Below are positions 36,923 through 45,392 of a stretch of DNA of 55,028 bases, piece after piece. The notes below the pieces were generated by a model that was not told the origin of the DNA, did no database searches, and saw only the letters and a program-made list of their open reading frames with translations. A program made the translations under genes and the position numbers. The DNA comes from Anaerolineaceae bacterium (GTDB lineage Bacteria > Chloroflexota > Anaerolineae > Anaerolineales > Anaerolineaceae): positions 1-55,028 of the forward strand of contig DMDF01000072.1 of assembly GCA_003446605.1 (NCBI GenBank). Direction: 5' to 3'. The first letter of the stretch is position 1; every line of letters starts with the position of its first letter.

Positions 36923-37034
36923 GAAACATAAGAATATTATTAGTAAATAAAGGAAACCTTTCCGTAGATGAAAAATCCTGTACAATGACGGGAAGGTTTT
37001 CGGAATTTTATTAAGAATGATAGGAGAAGATTAG

Positions 37035-37382
37035 ATGAACGAACCAATACATGTAACGGATGCTGCTTTCAAGACTTCTGTGCTTGAATCCACAGTTCCT
37101 GTGGTCGTCGATTTTTGGGCTCCGTGGTGTGGTCCTTGCAAGATGGTGGCACCTGCATTGGAGAAAATCGCCAAAGAATATAACGGCAAATTGCTGGTAG
37201 CAAAAGTAAATACTGATGAAAACCAGGAATGGGCATCACGCTACGGTGTGCAAGGAATTCCTACAATGCTCTTTATATCGGAAGGAAAAGTGATCCATCG
37301 ACAGGTTGGTGCAATGCCTGAAGGTATGCTGCGTGAGACCGTTGACCAATTTTTGGATGTGATCAAAGAAGATAAAGAATAA
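37035..37382 (+). CDS. trxA: Thioredoxin
   Basis: VVVDFWAPWCGPCKMVAP active site. 115 aa. Confidence 0.93.
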   Translation: MNEPIHVTDAAFKTSVLESTVPVVVDFWAPWCGPCKMVAPALEKIAKEYNGKLLVAKVNTDENQEWASRYGVQGIPTMLFISEGKVIHRQVGAMPEGMLRETVDQFLDVIKEDKE

Positions 37383-37401
37383 ACGAACCAGATGATGTGG
37401 A

Positions 37402-37430
37402 TTAAGAAGACCCCGCCGGGGTCTTCTTAA
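37402..37430. terminator. Bidirectional rho-independent terminator between trxA and murA
   Basis: The sequence is ttaagaagacccc-gcc-ggggtcttcttaa, a 13-bp perfect stem with A/T tracts on both sides. Confidence 0.8.
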
Positions 37431-37431
37431 T

Positions 37432-38706
37432 TTAACAACGTTTGATGGAAGCCCCTAATTCCGCCAATTTTCGGTCTATCTTTTCGTAACCCCGGTCAAT
37501 TTGCCCAATATTGCGTATAGTTGAAACACCGTCAGCAGATAATGCTGCTAGAAGAAGAGCCATTCCAGCACGAATATCTGGACCAGCCATGTCATCCGCT
37601 AAAAGACGAGTGGGACCCTGAACAATGCAACGGTGAGGATCACATAGGACAATTTGAGCGCCCATGCTTACCAGTCTATCCGTGAAGAACATACGGCTGG
37701 GGTACATCCAATCGTGAAAGAGCATTGTCCCTTTCGATTGGGTGGCAACCACGATCGCAATACTCATCAAATCAGTAGGGAAGGAAGGCCATGGCATGAC
37801 GCTTATCGTGGGGATAGCATTATCCAGATCAGGTTCGATACAGAGACACTGGTCAGATGGGACAAGAATATCTTCTCCATTGACATTCCAGTCAACACCC
37901 ATCCGATTGAAAACTAATTTCACCATGGAAAGAGACTGCGGAGCAGCATTTTTAATAGTGATGGAACCCTTTGTTATGGCAGACGCACCAATGAAACTTA
38001 CCACCTCCAGATAATCTGGACCAATGGTAAATTCACCTCCAGCAAGGTTCGTAACCCCCTCAATTTCAAGGGTGTTTGAACCAATATTCTTGATCTTCGC
38101 ACCCATATTGTTCAAAAACAGGCATAATTCTTGAATATGCGGCTCAGATGCTGCATTGCGAAGTATAGTGGTCCCTCTTGCCAGAACAGATGCCATGATC
38201 GCATTTTCTGTAGCGGTAACACTGGCTTCATCGAGCAGAATATCAGCGCCAACCAGTTCTTTACAGCGAAATGTAAAAGAGCGATTAAATTCTAGTTCTA
38301 CGCCCAATTTCTGCAGTGCCAGGATGTGGGTATCCACACGCCGCCGACCGATCACATCTCCGCCAGGAGGTGGGAGAATAATATACCCTGCACGTGCCAG
38401 CATAGGACCAGCCAGTAATATCGATGCACGAATATTCCTACATAGTTCAGGGTCAAGTTCAGCCGGATGAATTTCTGTTGCCCACACCTCCCAAGTGTGC
38501 GCATCCAGACTTTTGAATTTAACCCCTAAACTTTCAAGCAAGGCACGCATAGTATGCACATCCAGGATGTCAGGGATGTTGTGTAAAACTACCGGTTGGT
38601 CAGTTAGAATACAGGCAGCTAAGATCGGAAGTGCAGCATTTTTATTACCAGATGGTGTCACTTCACCATTCAGGGGTACACCACCTTCAATGATGAATTT
38701 ATCCAT
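37432..38706 (-). CDS. murA: UDP-N-acetylglucosamine 1-carboxyvinyltransferase (Asp-type active site)
   Basis: MDKFIIEGG.PLNGEV..SGNKNAALPILAA. The active-site loop is PPPGGDVIGRRRVDTH, against E. coli LPGGCTIGARPVDLH. Confidence 0.93.
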   Translation of the reverse strand: MDKFIIEGGVPLNGEVTPSGNKNAALPILAACILTDQPVVLHNIPDILDVHTMRALLESLGVKFKSLDAHTWEVWATEIHPAELDPELCRNIRASILLAGPMLARAGYIILPPPGGDVIGRRRVDTHILALQKLGVELEFNRSFTFRCKELVGADILLDEASVTATENAIMASVLARGTTILRNAASEPHIQELCLFLNNMGAKIKNIGSNTLEIEGVTNLAGGEFTIGPDYLEVVSFIGASAITKGSITIKNAAPQSLSMVKLVFNRMGVDWNVNGEDILVPSDQCLCIEPDLDNAIPTISVMPWPSFPTDLMSIAIVVATQSKGTMLFHDWMYPSRMFFTDRLVSMGAQIVLCDPHRCIVQGPTRLLADDMAGPDIRAGMALLLAALSADGVSTIRNIGQIDRGYEKIDRKLAELGASIKRC

Positions 38707-38743
38707 TCAAAACCTCCATCAATGGGATACTTTTTATAATTGT

Positions 38744-39796
38744 TCAGAAAGTCTCGGTTACTTTGTTCAGACCTTCTGGTTTATCGGGGTTTAAGCCGCG
38801 TTCAATGGCAATTTGCCACCCGAAAAACTGACCGGGAATGGTGCTCACAATAGGAGAAAGCGGTTCTGGTATAGCCGTTGGAATTTGGAACCCAAGATTG
38901 CTTTCTTGAAGAACATTCTCATCATTACTCACACTGATTACTTCTGCTTTACGCTGAAGAAGGTCTTGCACCATTTGACGCATATCAGAGAATACCTGCC
39001 CATGGGGTGCAATGGCAAAAACAGGGAAACCTTTATATACGGTAGCTATTGGACCATGTCTAAAATCAGCCGAAGAGTATGGATTTGCATTAATACCGGT
39101 TAATTCTTTTATTTTAAGAGCAATTTCAAAAGCAGTACAATAATTCAATCCTCGCGCAAGCACTGCGCAGGATTCAATATAGCGATATCGCTGAATTTTG
39201 GCGAGATTTTCTTGAGTTGAAGTAATGGTTGATTGTAACCATTCAGGGATTTGTAGAATTTGATCATCAAATTCGGATTTTCCGTAAAAAGCTGCAGACA
39301 GCATCGCTAACGTGATCAGGGAATTGGTATAAGATTTTGTTGCAGCAACTGCTTTCTCTTCTCCTGCGTGAATTGGAATCGTAAATTTTGATTCTACAGA
39401 TAAAGGAGATTCTACATTATTCGTGATGCAAATGGTAGTGCAACCCTGGGAATTCGCATTGTTAACAATTTTTATGATGTCAGGAGACATCCCAGATTGA
39501 GAAATGGAAAGCACCAGAGCCCCTTTAAGCATCGGCGGTGTAGCATAAAGGGTAAAGAGAGAAGGGGTCGTAAGTGCAACGGAGAAGCGGTTATTGCAGC
39601 CAAATAAATACTGCGCATAGCGTCCGGCATTGTCAGAACTACCTCTGGCAGCAATCAGAATGTAATTGAAATCTTTATCAATTTTTTGGATAATTTCTCT
39701 AATGTGGGAGAACTCTTGTTGGATTAGTACGGTGGCAGCGGCAGGTTGTTGTGTAATCTCTTGAAAAAGTTGATCCATTTTTCCTTCATCCATCAC
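38744..39796 (-). CDS. Double-SIS-domain sugar-phosphate isomerase/deaminase (GlmS isomerase-domain-only, GlmD/NagB-II/FrlB-like)
   Basis: 350 aa with no N-terminal Cys/glutaminase domain. SIS motifs: IAARGSSDNAG, LVLSISQSGMSPD. The GlmS-like C-terminal tail is NPDKPEGLNKVTETF. Confidence 0.7.
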   Translation of the reverse strand: MMDEGKMDQLFQEITQQPAAATVLIQQEFSHIREIIQKIDKDFNYILIAARGSSDNAGRYAQYLFGCNNRFSVALTTPSLFTLYATPPMLKGALVLSISQSGMSPDIIKIVNNANSQGCTTICITNNVESPLSVESKFTIPIHAGEEKAVAATKSYTNSLITLAMLSAAFYGKSEFDDQILQIPEWLQSTITSTQENLAKIQRYRYIESCAVLARGLNYCTAFEIALKIKELTGINANPYSSADFRHGPIATVYKGFPVFAIAPHGQVFSDMRQMVQDLLQRKAEVISVSNDENVLQESNLGFQIPTAIPEPLSPIVSTIPGQFFGWQIAIERGLNPDKPEGLNKVTETF

Positions 39797-39889
39797 TTTT
39801 TTGAAAAAACTGTGTTAACTACAATGGTATAGTATAACCGCAATATAAAACTGAAGTATACTAAATTAATTCTATCTCGGAGAGAAATT

Positions 39890-41017
39890 ATGCTTACTAT
39901 TCATAAGATTGATACCAGTGTGAAAAAAGAAGTAAATGATTTCGTGAAATTCCCGTTTGGTTTGTATGAAGATGTACCGCAATGGGTTCCTCCCATTAAA
40001 TCAGGAATTCGCGATACGCTTGATCGAAACAAACACCCCTATTATGAACATTCTGATGCTGATTTCTTCCTGGCTAAGGATGGCAAAGATATTGTAGGGC
40101 GTATCGCAGTATTGGAGAACAAAGAATATAACAAGTATCACGATAAGAAACAGGCTTCATTTTATTTCTACGAAAGCATTGATGATCAAAAGGTAGCAGA
40201 TAAATTGTTTGAAACTGCCTACGATTGGTCTCATGCGCGTGGTTTGAATTATTTCCTTGGACCGAAAGGGTTTTCTCCCTTTGATGGATATGGTTTTGTT
40301 GTGGAAGGATTCGAATATCGCCAGATGATGACCATGATGAACTATAACAAACCCAATTACCCTGCTTTTATGGAGCATCAGGGTTTTACAAAGGTGCTTG
40401 ATTGGGTTTCCTGTTATGCCGATCTTACGCAATTCACTATGCCGGAAAAAATAAGGACGGTTGCAGATAAAGTGCGCAAACAGGGAAAATTCAAAGTACA
40501 TAAACTTTCCTCGAAAGCTGAACTTAAGCGATATGTTCCGCTAATTGGGCAGGCTTACAATAAAACCTTTGTGAATAATTGGGAATATTATCCATTAACG
40601 CAAAAAGAAGTGGATTGGGCTTTACAGGATTTAACACTGGTAGCACTACCTGACCTGATCAAGATCATCACATACAACGATGAAATAGTCGGGTTCTTAC
40701 TGGCATTTCCGGATATTTCCGCCGCGATACAACGACATCAAGGTTCACTGACACCACTTTCAATAGTAGATATTCTTCGTGAGTTAAAAAAATCAGAATG
40801 GATTGATTTCAATGGTGTCGGTGTTCTACCTGAATATCAGGGTTCCGGTGGAAATGCCCTCTTATTTGATGAAATAGAAAAAACAGCAAAAAGCCACAAT
40901 TTTATCCATGGTGAATTGACCAATATCGCTGAATCTGCAGTTCAAATGCGGAAGGACCTTGAGAATCTCGGTGTAAAACCATACAAAAATCATCGTATTT
41001 TTGGCAAGAGTATTTAG
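39890..41017 (+). CDS. GNAT-fold acyltransferase-like protein (about 375 aa, two-lobed)
   Basis: The C-terminal lobe has an acetyl-CoA-binding-like motif, GVGVLPEYQGSGGNALLFDEI. The N-terminal lobe has GRIAVLEN. Confidence 0.5.
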   Translation: MLTIHKIDTSVKKEVNDFVKFPFGLYEDVPQWVPPIKSGIRDTLDRNKHPYYEHSDADFFLAKDGKDIVGRIAVLENKEYNKYHDKKQASFYFYESIDDQKVADKLFETAYDWSHARGLNYFLGPKGFSPFDGYGFVVEGFEYRQMMTMMNYNKPNYPAFMEHQGFTKVLDWVSCYADLTQFTMPEKIRTVADKVRKQGKFKVHKLSSKAELKRYVPLIGQAYNKTFVNNWEYYPLTQKEVDWALQDLTLVALPDLIKIITYNDEIVGFLLAFPDISAAIQRHQGSLTPLSIVDILRELKKSEWIDFNGVGVLPEYQGSGGNALLFDEIEKTAKSHNFIHGELTNIAESAVQMRKDLENLGVKPYKNHRIFGKSI

Positions 41018-41019
41018 CA

Positions 41020-41068
41020 GCAAAGAAAAGGGAGATGTTGCCATCTCCCTTTTCTTTGCTTTCTTTAT
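41020..41068 (+). terminator. Strong rho-independent terminator
   Basis: The stem is gcaaagaaaagggagatg / catctcccttttctttgc, a perfect 18 bp, with loop ttgc. The T-rich tract tttctttat follows. Confidence 0.85.
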
Positions 41069-41110
41069 CGATTTATACAACTTACATTACAATAATGCAA
41101 GGAGAATTAA

Positions 41111-41503
41111 ATGATAAAACACAGTAAACCAGTCCTGATCCTTTCATTATTATTCCTGTTTACTTTTTTGCTGGGCTGTTCTACGAAATCCGATCCTGCA
41201 CAATCTGTGTTGGAATATCTAAATTCATTAGTTAACCAGGATGCTGACAGAGCAGTAGCAGTATCTTGCGCCGATTGGGAGAAGCAAGCTCTCCTAGAAA
41301 CAGATTCATTTCTTTCTGTTGAGGCATTATTGAACAACGTAACCTGTAAAACGGTTATGGAAGGGGACACGGAAGCAGAAGTAACTTGTAATGGAACAAT
41401 CGATATGACTTATAACGAAGAAGTACGGTCTATTGATCTGAGTCTGCGTACTTATTCATTGATCTACCAAAGTGGTGAATGGTTGGTATGCGGTTATAAA
41501 TAA
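41111..41503 (+). CDS. Small Cys-rich lipoprotein, first gene of the Dlt-like operon
   Basis: AAGGAG lies before the ATG. Lipobox: FLLGCS. 130 aa. It ends only 8 nt before the next ORF. A candidate promoter is TTATCG(41065)-17 nt-TACAAT(41088). Confidence 0.55.
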   Translation: MIKHSKPVLILSLLFLFTFLLGCSTKSDPAQSVLEYLNSLVNQDADRAVAVSCADWEKQALLETDSFLSVEALLNNVTCKTVMEGDTEAEVTCNGTIDMTYNEEVRSIDLSLRTYSLIYQSGEWLVCGYK

Positions 41504-41511
41504 CCTGATAG

Positions 41512-41634
41512 ATGAAAATGAAAAAAACAGGACAATCTGAGAACATTTTGGTTTTAATCTTAGTTTTTATCATTATCGCTGTTTTGATTTTTAGCGTCGA
41601 TACATCACCACTTTGGATCTATCAGGGTTTCTAA
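41512..41634 (+). CDS. Unannotated 40-aa single-pass membrane peptide, DltX-like (C-terminal W-I-Y-Q-G-F)
   Basis: Hand translation: MKMKKTGQSENILVLILVFIIIAVLIFSVDTSPLWIYQGF. The stop TAA at 41632-41634 abuts the MBOAT ATG at 41635. It is too short for the supplied ORF track. Confidence 0.6.
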   Translation: MKMKKTGQSENILVLILVFIIIAVLIFSVDTSPLWIYQGF

Positions 41635-43050
41635 ATGAGTATTACGCAAATAGCATTCGCGAGTTTGGGAAGTATTCTATATAGAATATTTGGAAAGAAC
41701 TGGCAGCGAGAGCGAATAATCTTTACGGTAAACATATTCTTCTTGTTCTTGCTCCAACCTACCGGTTCACTCCGATATCTCAATTTCATTCTTCCATGGT
41801 TAATGATCTTTTTACTTTTAGGAACTGGCATGGCACTTACGAAGGGGAGTAAGAAAGAATTTTGGTGGATTTCTGTGCTCTGCCTTATTGGATTCTCTCC
41901 CTTTTTGCTTGCAGAAATAATACCCTCGCTTAAATCTAGCTTTTTAGATATCCACCTCAATACTCAAATACTTGTAATTATCCTGGGGGGTGGTGCACTT
42001 TACATTTTATGTTCTTATTTACTGAGATCAAAAAAACGATTTTTGAATTTCATTATTGTTTTAGTGCTGCTGATCTTTATTCTTCTAAAACAACCCAATC
42101 TAACGACCGTGATGAGCCGTATACTGCGCGGTCTTTTTCAACAAAACACCCAATTAGCATCACCGCTGGATATTCGTTGGATTGGCTATTCCTATATTTC
42201 ATTTCGCCTGATTCATGTCATTCGCGAGTTTCAAAAAGGTCGTATTACAGACATTTCTTTGATCCGGTTTATGAATTTTTGTTTGTTTTTTCCTGCGATG
42301 ACAGCAGGTCCAATTAACCGATATGACGATTTCTCAAAGCAAATGGATGCACCGGAACAATCGATGCAGGATGGGATATTGGAAGGTGGTAAAAGACTTT
42401 TTGTGGGGTTACTTAAAAAGTTTGTCGTTGCAGATAGCCTTGCCAAGATAGCGCTGAATACAACCAATGCTGCACAAATAACAACAGCCGGTTGGATGTG
42501 GGTGGCACTTATCTTTTACTCGTTACTACTTTATTTTGATTTCAGCGGCTATACCGATATAGCAATTGGAATGGGTTTATTTCTGGGTATCAGACTTCCC
42601 GAGAATTTCAATAAACCATACCTGAAGAGCAATTTAACCAAATTTTGGGATAGCTGGCATATTACCTTATCTCAATGGATCCGTGCTTATTATTTCAATC
42701 CCATCAATCGTTCATTACGAAAGACCAAATTATCCCAATCGCCATCCACTATTCTTTTCATTTTACAGGTTACAACCATGCTGCTCATCGGACTTTGGCA
42801 TGGGATCACTTGGACTTTTGCGATATGGGGATTATGGCATGGCATTGGATTATTTATCCAAAATCGATGGAGTGCATGGAGAACCCATTCTAATAGAGCC
42901 AAAAAACAAGCTGGACCAGCTCATACGTTTTTAAATATAATATCTACCGGATTGACTTTCACGTATGTTTCTTTAGGATGGGTATGGTTTATTAGCCCAA
43001 CCATTCAGGATGCTTTGGGAATTTTTCAAAAATTATTGGGGTTAGGGTAA
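41635..43050 (+). CDS. MBOAT-family membrane O-acyltransferase (DltB/AlgI-like)
   Basis: 471 aa and polytopic. Motifs: FWDSWHITLSQWIRAYYFNPI and the conserved His in LLIGLWHGITW / GLWHGIG. Confidence 0.85.
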   Translation: MSITQIAFASLGSILYRIFGKNWQRERIIFTVNIFFLFLLQPTGSLRYLNFILPWLMIFLLLGTGMALTKGSKKEFWWISVLCLIGFSPFLLAEIIPSLKSSFLDIHLNTQILVIILGGGALYILCSYLLRSKKRFLNFIIVLVLLIFILLKQPNLTTVMSRILRGLFQQNTQLASPLDIRWIGYSYISFRLIHVIREFQKGRITDISLIRFMNFCLFFPAMTAGPINRYDDFSKQMDAPEQSMQDGILEGGKRLFVGLLKKFVVADSLAKIALNTTNAAQITTAGWMWVALIFYSLLLYFDFSGYTDIAIGMGLFLGIRLPENFNKPYLKSNLTKFWDSWHITLSQWIRAYYFNPINRSLRKTKLSQSPSTILFILQVTTMLLIGLWHGITWTFAIWGLWHGIGLFIQNRWSAWRTHSNRAKKQAGPAHTFLNIISTGLTFTYVSLGWVWFISPTIQDALGIFQKLLGLG

Positions 43051-43057
43051 TTTTTTT

Positions 43058-44176
43058 ATGAATCAAAAAGGAATCAGTCCTGTTCGCATCTTTCTCAAAG
43101 CAATAGTGATCTTGTTATGTTTTAATTTTGCATTTCCCATTATTGATCATGTTCCTTCAGACAGAATATCCTTATACAATAATCTGGTAGTTGGGAGAGA
43201 GCGCTTACCCTTTGGTGAAAATCCTGACTTGGCATACAACTTGACGATGAATGATATGGATGCAATGCTGGCATCGCATGAAATTTCCAAAGCGCAAAAG
43301 GATGAATCTTTTTCGATCCTAATAACCGGTGATTCATCAGTATGGGGGACGTTACTTAATAACGAGGAAACTATTTCAACAAGGCTCGAGCAAAGAATCC
43401 ATTCCGATGAAACGTTGGATATTTATGGTAGAACGAGCGTTTACAATCTTGGGTATCCGACCACATCTATTCTAAAAGATCTTGTCATTCTGGATGAGTG
43501 CCTTAAATTTCAACCTGATACAATCATTTGGTTTATTACTCTCAATTCTGTTATCAAAGATGCCCATCAAGATGCTCCCATTATTTTGAATAATCCTGAA
43601 AAAACGAACGCGGTTATAGAGAAATATGACTTGCGTGTTCCACTTCTAGCGGAAAAGACTTATATGGAAAAAACTTTTTTGCAACAACGACGAGATATCC
43701 ATGATCGTATTCAATTGCAGCTCATGGCTGTAATGTGGGCAGCTACAAATATTGACCAATACATACCGCAAGACTATAAATCTGCCGCTCGAGATCTTGA
43801 GGCTGATGATTCTTATATGAATATCACGAATTATGAACTTACCGAGCAGGACATTGAACTAGAAGCAATTACAGCATTCATTGACCAGAATCCATCCATC
43901 AATGTAATTGTGGTAAACGAGCCAATTCTGATCAGTACTGGGATGAATAGCGAAGTTCGCTATAACTTTTATTATCCTCGATGGGTTTACGATAAATACA
44001 GATCACTGGTTGCAGCAAAATTTCAAGAAATGGGGATAAAATATATCGATTTATGGGATTCCATACCTGAAAAATTATTTACAAACAGCGCAATCCATTA
44101 TAATGCTCAGGGCGTGGATATTCTTATTGAACATCTATATCCTGAAATTGAGAAGGAAGTATTGTTGAAACAATGA
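43058..44176 (+). CDS. Membrane-anchored GDS(L)/SGNH-like protein (DltD/AlgJ-like partner of the MBOAT)
   Basis: N-terminal anchor: VRIFLKAIVILLCFNFAFPII. Block-I-like motif: ILITGDSSVWG (Ser93). Its size and topology resemble DltD. Confidence 0.55.
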   Translation: MNQKGISPVRIFLKAIVILLCFNFAFPIIDHVPSDRISLYNNLVVGRERLPFGENPDLAYNLTMNDMDAMLASHEISKAQKDESFSILITGDSSVWGTLLNNEETISTRLEQRIHSDETLDIYGRTSVYNLGYPTTSILKDLVILDECLKFQPDTIIWFITLNSVIKDAHQDAPIILNNPEKTNAVIEKYDLRVPLLAEKTYMEKTFLQQRRDIHDRIQLQLMAVMWAATNIDQYIPQDYKSAARDLEADDSYMNITNYELTEQDIELEAITAFIDQNPSINVIVVNEPILISTGMNSEVRYNFYYPRWVYDKYRSLVAAKFQEMGIKYIDLWDSIPEKLFTNSAIHYNAQGVDILIEHLYPEIEKEVLLKQ

Positions 44177-45123
44177 AATACACCAAACTTATATTAATTC
44201 TACTCAATGCTTTGATCATCACCAGTTGTACCCAACCTCAACCGACCGTACAAACAGTACATACAGATGTAGAAGATGCTACTGTTCTGATTGAAGAGAA
44301 TAGCACACTTACACAAATGACAATAGAAATAACTGAAGTGGTGACGGAAACAACATCACCAACAGAAACACCCGCATTTACACCTACACCAGATACACGC
44401 ATGTTGCCTGAGGATTGGAAGAAATGGTCTGTCAATCCTCAGATTTCTGGAACCGTTATGGATATTTTTCTTCACGGTCAAGAACTGGGTAGAAATCCCA
44501 ATGCTTTTTCAAAAATTGGAGATTGCCAAAATGTGAAGGAAGCATTTTTAGGTTTTTTTGATCGACAGGTTGTTTACCTCGCTGAAAATCAACAGCATTT
44601 ACAAGAAACCATTGACAATTTCAGTGGGTATTTCAATCGTGATGGCTTTGCTGTAAAAGGAGGCTTAAACGCACCTTCAAGTCTTAATCCACTGATGGCA
44701 GATCCTGTAGCATGCCAACCTGATGAAAACCCCTTGATGTGTGAAGTGAGAAATAACAATCCTGCCTATGCATTTGTCAGCTTTGAATTATGGTATGAAG
44801 GTCGATCGGCAGAAAACTACGAAACCTATCTCAGGCAAGTTCTGGACTATCTGATATCACAGGGAATCGTACCGATTTTACTAACGAAAGCGGATAATAC
44901 CGAAGGCGATGATTCGATTAACTACACTATTGCCAAATTAGCCTATGAATATGATATTCCCATGGTGAATTGGTGGTATACAGCCCATACCTTGCCCAAC
45001 AATGGTATGGACCCTGAGAGAAACGATGACTTTCATATATCATCCACAGCATGGACGGAAAGAAGCTACGATGCCTTAGAAACGCTAGACGCTGTTTGGC
45101 GAACCGTAAGGGATCTTCAATAA
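44173..45123 (+). CDS. Lipoprotein with SGNH-like block pattern but Cys in place of the nucleophile Ser (GDC ... DDFH)
   Basis: It overlaps the upstream gene by 4 nt. Lipobox: IITSC. It has a Thr/Pro/Glu linker. Motifs: KIGDCQN (residues 116-118), KADN (about residue 242), NDDFHIS (residues 285-288). Confidence 0.45.
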   Translation: MKYTKLILILLNALIITSCTQPQPTVQTVHTDVEDATVLIEENSTLTQMTIEITEVVTETTSPTETPAFTPTPDTRMLPEDWKKWSVNPQISGTVMDIFLHGQELGRNPNAFSKIGDCQNVKEAFLGFFDRQVVYLAENQQHLQETIDNFSGYFNRDGFAVKGGLNAPSSLNPLMADPVACQPDENPLMCEVRNNNPAYAFVSFELWYEGRSAENYETYLRQVLDYLISQGIVPILLTKADNTEGDDSINYTIAKLAYEYDIPMVNWWYTAHTLPNNGMDPERNDDFHISSTAWTERSYDALETLDAVWRTVRDLQ

Positions 45124-45140
45124 AGAAAAAGGATATAAAG

Positions 45141-45389
45141 ATGGACAAGAAAACAATCATCGAAAAATTGGAAAAAAGGATTGTGTCAGATATTCTCAAA
45201 GAACCAGGTCGGACTATTGCCTTTGATGAAGCTTTAATTAGCAGTGGATTAATCGATTCTTTTTCAATGGTTGATATAGCATTGATTGTTGAAGATCTCT
45301 TCGATGTTCAAATTGATGATGCGGAACTTTCTGCCGATACTTTCGATACGCTGGACCAATTAGCGGATCTCATACAGCAACGGTTATAA
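45141..45389 (+). CDS. Acyl/peptidyl carrier protein (DltC-like)
   Basis: 82 aa. The phosphopantetheine site is SGLIDSFSMVDIALIVEDLF (Ser40) and the C-terminus is acidic. ATG 45141 is preceded by aaaaaggatataaag. The ORF-track start at 45051 overlaps the previous gene. Confidence 0.8.
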   Translation: MDKKTIIEKLEKRIVSDILKEPGRTIAFDEALISSGLIDSFSMVDIALIVEDLFDVQIDDAELSADTFDTLDQLADLIQQRL

Positions 45390-45392
45390 ACG

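Noticed and set aside
36949-37010. A long-loop hairpin (aaacctttccgt ... acgggaaggttt) after hsp20 as a terminator.
   Set aside because: The 12-bp stem (one G-U pair) encloses a 22-nt loop and has only a weak T-tract. The same stretch probably contains the trxA promoter (TACAAT). The signal is ambiguous, so it is not listed as a feature.
45051-45140. A 30-codon N-terminal extension of the carrier-protein ORF (ORF-track start at 45051).
   Set aside because: The extension overlaps the last 73 nt of the upstream lipoprotein gene. It encodes a basic, low-complexity peptide. ATG 45141 gives an 82-aa protein of canonical carrier-protein length with Ser40 in the usual place.
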